Shown piece by piece: positions 52,295 through 61,325 of a stretch of 61,654 nt of DNA. The DNA comes from Candidatus Magnetominusculus sp. LBB02. Its GTDB lineage: Bacteria; Nitrospirota; Thermodesulfovibrionia; Thermodesulfovibrionales; Magnetobacteriaceae. The stretch is taken from assembly GCA_022321325.1 (NCBI GenBank), contig JAKOEO010000012.1, positions 1 through 61,654 of the forward strand, in the 5' to 3' direction. Made by a program: the position numbers and the translations under genes. Each line of letters starts with the position of its first letter. Position 1 is the first letter of the stretch. The notes below the pieces were generated by a model, which was not told the DNA's origin, searched no databases, and saw only the letters and a program-made list of their open reading frames with translations.

Positions 52295-52323
52295 TTGACA
52301 ACTAATATATTATGTGTTATATT
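52295..52323 (+). promoter_or_regulatory. Strong PR-like promoter
   Basis: TTGACA-17bp-TATATT with TGn extension; ATG at 52329 about at the TSS. Confidence 0.75.
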
Positions 52324-52328
52324 AGTTT

Positions 52329-52802
52329 ATGAAGCGTGGTTTTACAAGGTCGTGGCGCAGGGAGCTGACCAGCAATGTCTGGGCAATGCCTCCAATGTAT
52401 CACAGGGTGTTTTATTGGCTCAGGCAGAAGGCTAAGTGGAAACCAGACCTTGTGCCCACTGACAGGGGCCTGGGCATCTGGCTTGACCCAGGTATGCTCA
52501 TTACCAGCTATCAGATTATTGCCGAGGGTGTGGCGTATCTTGACATGGGCATAGTACGGCAGCCCTCTAAAAAGACAATTGGCAAAATTCTCAAATGGCT
52601 GCAAATAAATGAGCAGATTCAGCTTATCGCAGGCCATTACGGCACGACGATTAAAATATCTAACTGGGACAAGTATCAAAATGCCGTGGCTGCTCCCCTA
52701 CAAACTAAGGGCGGAGGCCGCGGCAAAAGGCGCAAGCCTGACCCATATGCCCACCTTTATATCAAGACTGTAAACAGACGCGCTGAGGCATACCATGACT
52801 GA
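52329..52802 (+). CDS. Phage-type replication initiator / replisome organizer N-terminal domain
   Basis: G.....R......W, PGMLITSY..IA, GTTIKISNWDKYQ pattern of phage replication proteins; upstream of a DnaC-like gene. Confidence 0.7.
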   Translation: MKRGFTRSWRRELTSNVWAMPPMYHRVFYWLRQKAKWKPDLVPTDRGLGIWLDPGMLITSYQIIAEGVAYLDMGIVRQPSKKTIGKILKWLQINEQIQLIAGHYGTTIKISNWDKYQNAVAAPLQTKGGGRGKRRKPDPYAHLYIKTVNRRAEAYHD

Positions 52803-53526
52803 TAACGGCTGCTTGCACATGATCCCGCGCACGGGGGCGGTTGAGATTGAGCGCCAACGGGCGCGGTTAAAATGGAAGGACACCATAAGGAAAAAGATAA
52901 CAGAGATTATGTGCAGGTGCGGCGTACCGGTAAAGTTCTCCGATGCGGAGCAGCGCTCAATAAGCGCAGACATTTTGCAGATGGCTGCGTGTGTGTTTAA
53001 CAATGAGGGATTATTTATTTTTGGCCGCCCCGGCGTTGGAAAGACGCATGTTGCCGCACTCTGCGTAAGGGGTTTTATATTGGCTATGGAGCCTGTGTTC
53101 AGGCAGGAACATGGCACCGTGCCGCAGGAGGTTGGCTATCCGGCCTTCAGCACAGTGGCCGATATGCTTTTGGCCGTAAGGGATTCATTTCGTCAAAAGG
53201 AGTTTTCTGAAAACGACATCCTGAAAAAGTATTCAAGCGCGCCGCTTGTCGTGTTAGACGACTTAGGGGCGGAGAAAGTAACCGAATGGTCTGCAAAGAC
53301 GCTCTACTCGGTAATCAACAGAAGATATGCCGACAATCTGCCGCTTATTATCACAAGCGCTATGAATCTGAAGGAACTTGAGGACAGATATAATGCGGCC
53401 AGCCCAGGCATTGGCAGCGCTATAGCGGTAAGAATTAGTGAGACGAGCAAAATATTGAGCCTTCATGCGGCTCGAAAGAAAGCGGCCTCAGGCCGTAAAA
53501 GGAGGAGGACAGATGAGAGAGTATAA
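52795..53526 (+). CDS. DnaC/IstB-like AAA+ helicase loader
   Basis: GRPGVGKTH, VVLDDLGAE, INRRY...LPLIITS. Confidence 0.88.
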   Translation: MTDNGCLHMIPRTGAVEIERQRARLKWKDTIRKKITEIMCRCGVPVKFSDAEQRSISADILQMAACVFNNEGLFIFGRPGVGKTHVAALCVRGFILAMEPVFRQEHGTVPQEVGYPAFSTVADMLLAVRDSFRQKEFSENDILKKYSSAPLVVLDDLGAEKVTEWSAKTLYSVINRRYADNLPLIITSAMNLKELEDRYNAASPGIGSAIAVRISETSKILSLHAARKKAASGRKRRRTDERV

Positions 53527-53890
53527 TTTTGCAAGAAATGAGGTTTCTCTGGTAACATCATGTATGCGGTGCAAAAAGTACATAACCTGTGAAGAGACAT
53601 GCGTATATGTTGACATGCTGCTACCGGTAAACACGTATTCGCCGGAGATAACCGCAGACGACAATGTGCTGACGGCAGACTACAAGGAAGTCCTGAACGA
53701 ACTCAGAGAAGGCAGGGAGCAGCTCAAAAAAGTCAACATTGGAAAAATCAGACGAATAAAAGACGTCAGGCTTCGCGCGATAGCCGGGATGATATACAGC
53801 AGGGTCAGTATATTTGAGATTGCCGCCCTGCTTGATAAGTCAGTATCTCAGATATACAGAATAGTCAGCAGGGGGCAGTCACAGATTTGA
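53513..53890 (+). CDS. Cys-cluster plus C-terminal HTH regulator
   Basis: GGAGG RBS; CMRC..C..C; SIFEIAALLDKSVSQIYRIV. Confidence 0.75.
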   Translation: MREYNFARNEVSLVTSCMRCKKYITCEETCVYVDMLLPVNTYSPEITADDNVLTADYKEVLNELREGREQLKKVNIGKIRRIKDVRLRAIAGMIYSRVSIFEIAALLDKSVSQIYRIVSRGQSQI

Positions 53891-54151
53891 GATGCTGCGG
53901 GGTTTCTTCAGGAAGGTCCTGCATGATGGATAGTCGGAACAGCGGAATCTAATGATGTCCTCTTGTTTCATGTACAGGTGCATGGGCCTTCCGCAGACGG
54001 GGCAATTTGGCCTGCCCTGCCGTCTCCCGCCAATTGAAAACTGCCTCCCGCAGACCAGACACAAGCGGCGTCGTTTGCCGCTTTTTGTTGTCCCGTATTT
54101 ATAGGACGCATCAAGTCCGCATACAGGGCATTTTTCTTGTGTATCATCCAC
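53879..54151 (-). CDS. Double zinc-ribbon protein
   Basis: CPVC..KYG..GKRRRLCLVC (InsA-like) and CPVCG..M..CSDYPSC (topoisomerase-type). Confidence 0.8.
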   Translation of the reverse strand: MDDTQEKCPVCGLDASYKYGTTKSGKRRRLCLVCGRQFSIGGRRQGRPNCPVCGRPMHLYMKQEDIIRFRCSDYPSCRTFLKKPRSISNL

Positions 54152-54333
54152 CGTTGTCCCCCGCCCGCCAGATTATAACATAATACGGATAGAAAAAAGT
54201 TTACCCGCCGGGGGTGCTTGACAACTCGCCTGCAATAGATGTATTGTTATCAATCCGCTGGAAGGCAGAAGGCTCTGTCTGCCGCGAGGAAGGGGCATTA
54301 AAATGTGTTTTAATAATTCCCGCGAATTTGAAA

Positions 54334-55146
54334 ATGGCTGAAGAGAAGATTTCACCGCAGCAGGTGAAAGACCCTTTGCGGGTTTCTTTTATCATCCCGA
54401 ACTGGAACCATAGACAACTCCTTGACGAATGCATCTCGTCAATAAAGCAATTGACCGGCGGCTTTGAAAAGGAGATAGTCGTCGTTGACAATGCCTCCAC
54501 AGACGGCAGCGCCGAATATGTCAAAAACACCCATCCCGATGTGATTTGCCATTGCAATGCCGAAAATGCAGGTTACGCAAAGGCGACCAATCAGGGTGTG
54601 TCTATGTCAAGCGGACAGATGCTTTTTTTATTGAATAACGATGTCAGGCTCTTTGCCGACTGTCTTGAGGAGCTTGTTAAATGCCTGAACAGAGGCCCTC
54701 GCATTGGCGCTGCTGCCCCGTTGCTATACTATCCGAACGGCAGATTTCAGATCTCATGCCGGCGTTTCCCAACCCCTGCGGCATTGGCCCTGGAGCAGTT
54801 TGGGGTGTTTCGACTGGGCGGCTACAGGAAATGGAAGCTGACTGAACAGGAACATCGCCTCTATTGCGAGGCGCTTCAGCCTATGGCCTCGGCGCTTCTG
54901 ATAAAGCGGGAGTGCTGGGATGAGGTAGGCCCCTTGGACGAAAGATTCCCTATCTTTTTTAACGATGTTGACTGGTGCTACCGTCTGTATAGATATACGA
55001 ACTTTAAGATTGCCATATGCCATGCCGCAGGGGCCTGCCACCATGAGGGAGTATCTGTAAACCGCCTTGGATTTCGGAAGAAGATTAATTTTTACAGGGG
55101 TCTTTTCGATTTCTACAAGAAACACTACCTCAGACGATATATTTAA
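54334..55146 (+). CDS. GT2 glycosyltransferase
   Basis: SFIIPNWN, VVDNASTDGS, LLNND, FNDVDWC. Confidence 0.92.
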   Translation: MAEEKISPQQVKDPLRVSFIIPNWNHRQLLDECISSIKQLTGGFEKEIVVVDNASTDGSAEYVKNTHPDVICHCNAENAGYAKATNQGVSMSSGQMLFLLNNDVRLFADCLEELVKCLNRGPRIGAAAPLLYYPNGRFQISCRRFPTPAALALEQFGVFRLGGYRKWKLTEQEHRLYCEALQPMASALLIKRECWDEVGPLDERFPIFFNDVDWCYRLYRYTNFKIAICHAAGACHHEGVSVNRLGFRKKINFYRGLFDFYKKHYLRRYI

Positions 55147-55147
55147 C

Positions 55148-55172
55148 AGGACATTTCTACTTTGGTGCAACA
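55148..55172 (+). repeat. Terminal repeat of the IS1202-like right end
   Basis: 25-bp exact match to 5583-5607 (AGGACATTTCTACTTTGGTGCAACA); 16 bp before TTGACA. Confidence 0.8.
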
Positions 55173-55246
55173 CGCCGGTCTTCCATATTTGACAAAACAG
55201 TGCCAAATATCACATTATCTATCGCCAGAAAAATTAAAAGGGGGTA

Positions 55247-55759
55247 ATGATGAGAAGATGGTTTGTAGCAGCGGTAAGTTCAATTTGTTTGTTGGCATTT
55301 AGTGCAAGTGCGTTTGCCGCATTTGGATGGGAACAGTTTAAGGACAGGAGCTATGGGTTTTCGATGCTTGTGCCTAAGGGTGCCAGGCAGATACCATTAA
55401 AAGAAGGCAAGGGCTGGACGGGTGTGCAGTTTGACGTCAGCAAGGACACCCAGATATGGGTCTATGCTAAGCAGGGAGATTTTTACGCAACACCGGAAGA
55501 GCTTAGGAAATTTGCTGTTAAGGCGTCTGATATTCCGGCCAACAACTGGACGCCGATTAAGGAGATGACCGGGAAAAATATTAGCGGCTTTAAATGGCTC
55601 GAAAGCTATCATGCCTCTGGAAACAGCCATTGGGTTATTGCGATGTTAGGGGTTGGGCCAAAGGGCGATTTCGTAATCTTCCTTGGCTCAAACGACGCCG
55701 AGTACCACGCATATGAGGCCGACTTTGAGAAGTGGTTCTCAAGTATCAAGGTTTTCTAA
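55247..55759 (+). CDS. Secreted protein (PsbP-like fold possible)
   Basis: Signal peptide (AFA), W..F.D..YGFS..VP.G, ends FFSSIK-like WFSSIKVF. Confidence 0.8.
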   Translation: MMRRWFVAAVSSICLLAFSASAFAAFGWEQFKDRSYGFSMLVPKGARQIPLKEGKGWTGVQFDVSKDTQIWVYAKQGDFYATPEELRKFAVKASDIPANNWTPIKEMTGKNISGFKWLESYHASGNSHWVIAMLGVGPKGDFVIFLGSNDAEYHAYEADFEKWFSSIKVF

Positions 55760-55793
55760 GTTGCGCCTTGCGTCTTAGTACGCCGCGCTAATC

Positions 55794-55828
55794 AAGCCGC
55801 GGGGTGTTTAATCACTCTGCGGTTTTTT
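55794..55828 (+). terminator. Intrinsic terminator
   Basis: AAGCCGCGGGGTG..CACTCTGCGGTTTTTT. Confidence 0.8.
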
Positions 55829-56172
55829 CATTGCCGCTTGCGTCGGCGACTCTCGATGGAAAGAGAAGGTGTCAGTCAAAATTTCCATAAAGCGTTAAGA
55901 TAATGACACTATATTTTATGCATATCGTTTATTTATGAAGAAAAAAAGACATCTGTCCTTTGGCGTTTTAATGGAAGCGTTTTCCTCTATATTGGGTGGG
56001 ATTGAAGATTACTAATGATAAACTAAAAACTCGTCTCATTTTGTGTAAAATTCCGTTCATCCCCACCTCCACAGCAAAGATTACAGCATACATTTGCCCT
56101 TTCGCCGTTCATTGAGAATTGCTGTAGAAAAAGGGATTGAGTTTAATTTCCCTTCTGTGTTATTTTTTAGTG

Positions 56173-56661
56173 ATGGATGCACTTAGCGGGCTGTTTTCCC
56201 TGATTGACCGGCGGCTTTCGTACATGAAGGCCGTAGCGGCCTATAAGTGGTCGGAGGGGCTTCCTATTGACGACGCTACGCGCGAGGACATCGTGCTGCG
56301 CGACTCCCTTTCCGCATCCAGGGACATGGGCCTCGACGTTGAATCTATGAGAGAGTTTTTCCTCTTGCAGATTCAGATAGCAAAACAGGTGCAGACTGCA
56401 TGGCACAATAAGTGGAAGTCAGAGGGGGTTGGCCGCAAGAGCCTGCCAAATGCTGACCTTCAGGCGCAAATCCGCCCTGCGCTTATAGAGGTCGGCACCG
56501 ATATTGTGAGAAAAATCAAGGAAGCGCTTCCTCTCTTGCAAGATAATGGCTGCCGGGCGCTCTGCACGGAATCAATCCGCGCCGAGCTTAAGACCGAACT
56601 CATTGAAGACGAAATGAAACTAAAGCTGCTTGAGTCGCTATCGCGCATAAAGACCGCCTGA
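56173..56661 (+). CDS. Chorismate mutase, AroQ gamma type
   Basis: LIDRRLSYMKAVAAYKW..PIDD..RE, QIQIAKQVQ, DL...IRPAL. Confidence 0.88.
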   Translation: MDALSGLFSLIDRRLSYMKAVAAYKWSEGLPIDDATREDIVLRDSLSASRDMGLDVESMREFFLLQIQIAKQVQTAWHNKWKSEGVGRKSLPNADLQAQIRPALIEVGTDIVRKIKEALPLLQDNGCRALCTESIRAELKTELIEDEMKLKLLESLSRIKTA

Positions 56662-56674
56662 TCTGACATGAAAT

Positions 56675-58147
56675 TCACTTACTCCGGCTAAACGATGAGA
56701 CAAGGACAACAATCCTGTCCTGTATGTCCTTGATGTAAGACGGGTCGCCTATAAAATCCTCCATCATTATGGCAAAGGCCACAGGGTCGCCGTCCTGTGT
56801 TTCCGTATAACCGGCAATAGTGCTGACGCTTGTGTGCAGGCCGGTCTTTGCCCTTACTCTGCCCTCTGCCGGGGTGCTTTTCATGCGTGATTTCAACGTG
56901 CCGTCAACGCCTGCTATAGAGAGGGATTCGACGAATGTCTCCCTTAGCCTGTCGTTTTGATAGATGCCCGTAAGCAGGCTGACCAACTGCGAAGGGCTTA
57001 CAAGATTATAACTCGATACCCCGGAGCCATCGGCAATTACAAGTCTGGCAGTGTCAATGCCCATTCCTTTCAGAAACTCCTTAATCGCGGCAATCCCTTT
57101 TTCAGCCGTACCCGGAGGGGACTGAAGCTCTGCCCCAAGGGCTTTCATCAGCAGCTCGGCATAGAGGTTGATGCTCTTTTTGTTTATCTCTTTGATTATC
57201 TCAGAAAGCGGCGAAGACGAATGTCTAAGCAGCTCCGGCGCGTCATTTGGGACGGCGCCCTCTTTTACTTCACCGGCGACAGAGATATTATTGGCCGCAA
57301 GCAGCTCTGAAAAAAGGCGGCATGTATAGCTTGCAGGATTAGTTATCTCAATAGAGAAGTTTCTCTGTGGCCGGCCAACGGCAATATCTCCGGTTACGGC
57401 AATGACGTTTTGGCGCTGCCGCCATTTTCTCTCGGCCTTTACGTCGCCCTCCTCTTGCGATGAGATGGTTATGGCGGCGTTTTCAATAGTAATATATGCA
57501 GTCTTAGGTTCGGTGACGACAACGGCGGGCATACCAGCTCTGAACGCCGGTCTTATCCTTACGGTAACGCAGTTGTTGTTTACGGTAAGCCCCCCTATGG
57601 GCGCGAAGAAGCATGAGGATGCGTCATCCCACATCCAGCCCTTGCCGTAGTGCCAGTCGTCAAGATAGGTCTCGTCGCAGATGAGGCTGCCGCTTATGCG
57701 CTCTACGCCTTTGGCCTTTAACTCCGCAGCAAACCATGACAGCGACTCAGTGGTGAGCGTTGGGTCGGCGCTGCCCCTGAGGTAGAGATTGCCGGTTAAT
57801 GCGCCGTCTCTTATATCTGATGAGTTGGCGTAGATGGCGGTATTAAATCTGAAACCCTCGCCGAGGGCTGAAAGGGCTGCTGCGGTAGTGAATAGTTTCA
57901 GCGTTGAGGCCGGTTGAGTCAATAGCTTGTCGTCTTTGGCATATAGAACCTCGCCGGTCTTGAGGGAGACGATTTTAACTCCTGCATGGCTTTGCGAAAG
58001 GGCAGTGCTTTTCAGCAGTGTATCAATCTTTTGGCGAAGGTCGGCAACGGCGGGCGATGGCGGGGCTGCCGCCACAGTGGAGACTGTTACAAAAAGCCAT
58101 AAAAAGACGGCAGCGGCATATCTACGGGCAGCCATATGAAGTTCCAT
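56675..58147 (-). CDS. dacB: D-Ala-D-Ala carboxypeptidase/endopeptidase PBP4
   Basis: PASTLK, KKSIN, DGSGVS, GVDGTL, KTG. Confidence 0.95.
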   Translation of the reverse strand: MELHMAARRYAAAVFLWLFVTVSTVAAAPPSPAVADLRQKIDTLLKSTALSQSHAGVKIVSLKTGEVLYAKDDKLLTQPASTLKLFTTAAALSALGEGFRFNTAIYANSSDIRDGALTGNLYLRGSADPTLTTESLSWFAAELKAKGVERISGSLICDETYLDDWHYGKGWMWDDASSCFFAPIGGLTVNNNCVTVRIRPAFRAGMPAVVVTEPKTAYITIENAAITISSQEEGDVKAERKWRQRQNVIAVTGDIAVGRPQRNFSIEITNPASYTCRLFSELLAANNISVAGEVKEGAVPNDAPELLRHSSSPLSEIIKEINKKSINLYAELLMKALGAELQSPPGTAEKGIAAIKEFLKGMGIDTARLVIADGSGVSSYNLVSPSQLVSLLTGIYQNDRLRETFVESLSIAGVDGTLKSRMKSTPAEGRVRAKTGLHTSVSTIAGYTETQDGDPVAFAIMMEDFIGDPSYIKDIQDRIVVLVSSFSRSK

Positions 58148-58207
58148 GCGGCATGATAACGCTTATTCTTTAGAAATTACAACAGTCACCGCGCTTTTGT
58201 CATAGCC

Positions 58208-58708
58208 TTAGAAGAGCCTGTCAGCGCACCTGCGAATGTTTAAATCTTTATTGGTGAAATTATATGTAACCTCATCCTGGTCAAAATTTTTACCGTCGTC
58301 TATGACTTCTCCTTTATCGTCAATAGTGTCCTGTTCCATCTTTAAACTAAATTTCATTGTTACATTGTCTAATTTAACACCCGGACGAGTCTTTATTACC
58401 ACGAAATCATCGTAGAAAAATTTTTTGTCAAAGCCGCAGGGGCCGCCCGGGCAAAAGGCGTCGTAGTTTCCATGGTAGTTCTTATTATTCTCTACAGCAA
58501 ATCCCATTGACGGCATTTCTGGTATGCGGTGTATTTTGGCATTAGTTACGTCAAACTCGAAGCCGCGAACCCGGCGAAATACCTTGTTGGGTTTGGTAAA
58601 CTTCTTCAACGAAACGCAGTAGAGGCCATCACCCCCCTCAACAAAAGAGAAGGCGAACAGGACTATTGCCAACATGATTAATGTCTTCGTGGTTTTTTTG
58701 GGAAGCAT
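58208..58708 (-). CDS. Secreted protein, tandem paralogue 3
   Basis: Signal peptide; RVRGFEF..I..IP.MP and terminal Cys shared with neighbours. Confidence 0.8.
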   Translation of the reverse strand: MLPKKTTKTLIMLAIVLFAFSFVEGGDGLYCVSLKKFTKPNKVFRRVRGFEFDVTNAKIHRIPEMPSMGFAVENNKNYHGNYDAFCPGGPCGFDKKFFYDDFVVIKTRPGVKLDNVTMKFSLKMEQDTIDDKGEVIDDGKNFDQDEVTYNFTNKDLNIRRCADRLF

Positions 58709-59187
58709 TTGTCTATCTTTTTTACATCAAAAGGAGATGTATGTATTGATAATGAGTCTAATACGGAAGCATGTGTTCTGCTAATGCCTTCTTTGTCAAT
58801 ATATATGGCGATAAATTGTATCATTATTTTATATCCAGACATATCTTTAGGTTGTCTAAGAATAGCAAATTTCTCCAGGTCTTTATAGCTGATAGCATCG
58901 TCATCCGACTTTGCCGCGGCGGTGACCGTAGTAATATCCCCATCATTATTATCATAAATATATTCCCATGAAGATGGAAAATTGGGAAGATCATATATAT
59001 AAGCGAAGGAAACGGAGATTTCAAATGCCCTAAGTCTTCGTGTTGCAAAATAGTGGCTGTCACCAAACAAGGCATAATAATACGTATCTTCACATTTGGC
59101 CGCAACCGAAACATCGGCGGCGGTAAATATCATCAGCGCCAATACTGCCAGCAAAACCGCAAGTCTACTCATCAGGTTAATCATCAT
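58678..59187 (-). CDS. Secreted protein, tandem paralogue 2
   Basis: Signal peptide; KC..YY, RLRAFE, IYDLPNFPSSW, KKIDKC. Confidence 0.8.
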   Translation of the reverse strand: MMINLMSRLAVLLAVLALMIFTAADVSVAAKCEDTYYYALFGDSHYFATRRLRAFEISVSFAYIYDLPNFPSSWEYIYDNNDGDITTVTAAAKSDDDAISYKDLEKFAILRQPKDMSGYKIMIQFIAIYIDKEGISRTHASVLDSLSIHTSPFDVKKIDKCFPKKPRRH

Positions 59188-59635
59188 GGACCTTCAGGCA
59201 TTTATGAATTTTCTTAATAACAAAGTCTTTCGTGCCAAGGACTCTGAGTTCAGAGATTCCATTGGGTTTAATATAAATCAGTTTCATAGTAACATACCGT
59301 TTGTTACCTCTTATATATGGTGTTATAATAAGTGTGAAAAAGTCCTTAAAATACTTTATATCTACAGCATCTTTGTCTGAATAAGATGTTGCCATTACAT
59401 ATAATGTGTTCTCATTAAAGTCATAACGCCAACCATCGGGTATTTTGGGTATGCCATATATAGCATAGCCTGTATCAAAAAAGAATGCCCTAACTTTATA
59501 ATTCTTCTTAAGGTATGAGTTTTTTAATGAGATAGTATAAAACTTGTTCTTGCATTTACCTGCATGTACAGTCTTGGGTGAGAATACCGCCAACGAAATA
59601 ATCAACAAGACAGCTAATCTCACATACAACGACAT
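59177..59635 (-). CDS. Secreted protein, tandem paralogue 1
   Basis: Signal peptide; KC..FY, KVRAFF, IYGIPKIPDGW, KKIHKC. Confidence 0.8.
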   Translation of the reverse strand: MSLYVRLAVLLIISLAVFSPKTVHAGKCKNKFYTISLKNSYLKKNYKVRAFFFDTGYAIYGIPKIPDGWRYDFNENTLYVMATSYSDKDAVDIKYFKDFFTLIITPYIRGNKRYVTMKLIYIKPNGISELRVLGTKDFVIKKIHKCLKVHDD

Positions 59636-59682
59636 ATGTTAAACTCCCGCTCTGATTGTCTATCATTGTTCGGGCCACAGCG

Positions 59683-59819
59683 TTAGTAAAGACTGCTGCT
59701 GCAACGATGTATGTTCAAATCTTTATTCGTAAAGGTGTATTGCCTTTCGTCGTCTTCTGACTTTGTATCTTTACCATAAAGACCAGTCCCATTAGCTTAA
59801 ACTCTAAATGCAATTTTAT
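59683..59819 (-). pseudogene. 3' remnant of a fourth paralogue, truncated by IS1380 and frameshifted
   Basis: Reads QYTFTNKDLNIHRCSSSLY*, matching TYNFTNKDLNIRRCADRLF* of 58208-58708. Confidence 0.8.
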
Positions 59820-61296
59820 CCCAGATTGTCCATTAGGGGAAAGAGTCTAATGGCCGCCATTAGGAAAATAGAGCAAAAAACAGAGGAAAAACAGTAAGAT
59901 AAGGGTTGCTATATGTTATTATCGAGGCAAAAAAGGAAAGTAAGGAGAGCTTACATGAAAGAAATACAGTTGAGTTTCACAGAAAAGGAGATAACCCCGT
60001 GGGGAGGGATGGGGCTGATGAGACGAATGTTGAGCAAAATGGATTTTCGGGAGAGCATTTCTGGGATGAGTTTACCCGATCAAGGGTCGAATCGAGGGTA
60101 TGCGCCGGAGCAGCTGATAGAGCAGTTTATGCTTGGGGTGTGGTGTGGAGCAAACCGGTTTGAGCACATGGAGGTTACGCGCCATGACGATGTACTTAGG
60201 CGCATATTTGGGTATAAGCGAATGGCGGGACATAAAGCATTTATGAGGTACTTCAGCAAGTTTGACCAAGGGACAAATCAGCGGGTATTTCAGGCAATGT
60301 ACATGTGGTTTTTTGACCAATTACGATTTGACAACTTCACGGTGGATATGGATTCCACGGTAATGAGCCGGTACGGGCAACAGGAGGGAGCCAGACGAGG
60401 GTACAATCCCCATAAGCCCGGCAGGAATTCACATCATCCATTATTGGCGTTTATTGCGGATTGCCGGATGGTGGCCAACTGTTGGTTAAGATCTGGAGAT
60501 GCATATACATCAAACAACTTTCAAGGTTTTCTTGAAGACACCCTGGATAAATTGACTGGCAAGAAAGTAGGGCTGTTGAGGGCAGACAGCGGCTTTTACA
60601 GCAGGGAGATATTAGAGTATCTGGAAAGGGGCGAAAGACCAATACCGTATATAATTGCGGTGCGACTGTATCCGGCAATACAGCGAATGCTGTCTGGACA
60701 CCGGCAGTGGATACAACTTGGAGATGGAGTGGAGGTAGCCGACAGCTATTATGAAAGTCCTGGGTGGGGTAAAGCGCGCAGAATGATAATGGTGCGGCAA
60801 AAGATTTCAGTTCGTCCCAAGGCAACAGGAAAGTCTTTGAGGCTTTTCCCCGATGACGATCTCTATGGAGACTACCGCTATGGTTGTTTTGTTACAAGTC
60901 TTGAGCTTCCTGCCGGGGTAGTATGGAAAATCTACCGCATGAGGGCTGACGCCGAAAACCGGATCAAGGAGTTGAAGTATGACTTTGGAGCCGGCAGCTT
61001 TAACGTAAGGCAGTTCAGTGCCACGGAGGCAGCTATGAACTTCGTAATGCTGGCCTACAATCTGATGAGCCTGTTCAGACAGATAGTTCTTAGCGGCAAG
61101 GTGCAGCCCACATTAAAAACAATGAGATACAAACTATTCTCTATCGCCGGATATCTGACCAAAGAGGGAAGTGCCCGTATTTTGAAACTCTCGCTTGCTA
61201 TGAAACGACGCGAATGGTTCACTGGCCTTTGGAACAAATCAAGGTCTTTTGACCTCCCGATTCAGTTCGCTTCTCATCTCTAATGGACAATCTGGG
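59820..61296 (+). mobile_element. IS1380-family insertion sequence
   Basis: Perfect 17-bp terminal IRs CCCAGATTGTCCATTAG / CTAATGGACAATCTGGG; flanks TTAT vs TTAA (no exact TSD). Confidence 0.92.
59913..61283 (+). CDS. IS1380-family DDE transposase
   Basis: TPWGG, VDMDST, YGQQEGA..GYN, RADSGF, YR.RADAENRIKELK. Confidence 0.94.
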   Translation: MLLSRQKRKVRRAYMKEIQLSFTEKEITPWGGMGLMRRMLSKMDFRESISGMSLPDQGSNRGYAPEQLIEQFMLGVWCGANRFEHMEVTRHDDVLRRIFGYKRMAGHKAFMRYFSKFDQGTNQRVFQAMYMWFFDQLRFDNFTVDMDSTVMSRYGQQEGARRGYNPHKPGRNSHHPLLAFIADCRMVANCWLRSGDAYTSNNFQGFLEDTLDKLTGKKVGLLRADSGFYSREILEYLERGERPIPYIIAVRLYPAIQRMLSGHRQWIQLGDGVEVADSYYESPGWGKARRMIMVRQKISVRPKATGKSLRLFPDDDLYGDYRYGCFVTSLELPAGVVWKIYRMRADAENRIKELKYDFGAGSFNVRQFSATEAAMNFVMLAYNLMSLFRQIVLSGKVQPTLKTMRYKLFSIAGYLTKEGSARILKLSLAMKRREWFTGLWNKSRSFDLPIQFASHL

Positions 61297-61325
61297 TTAA
61301 CTCTTTGTTTTTACGCAATATTAAT

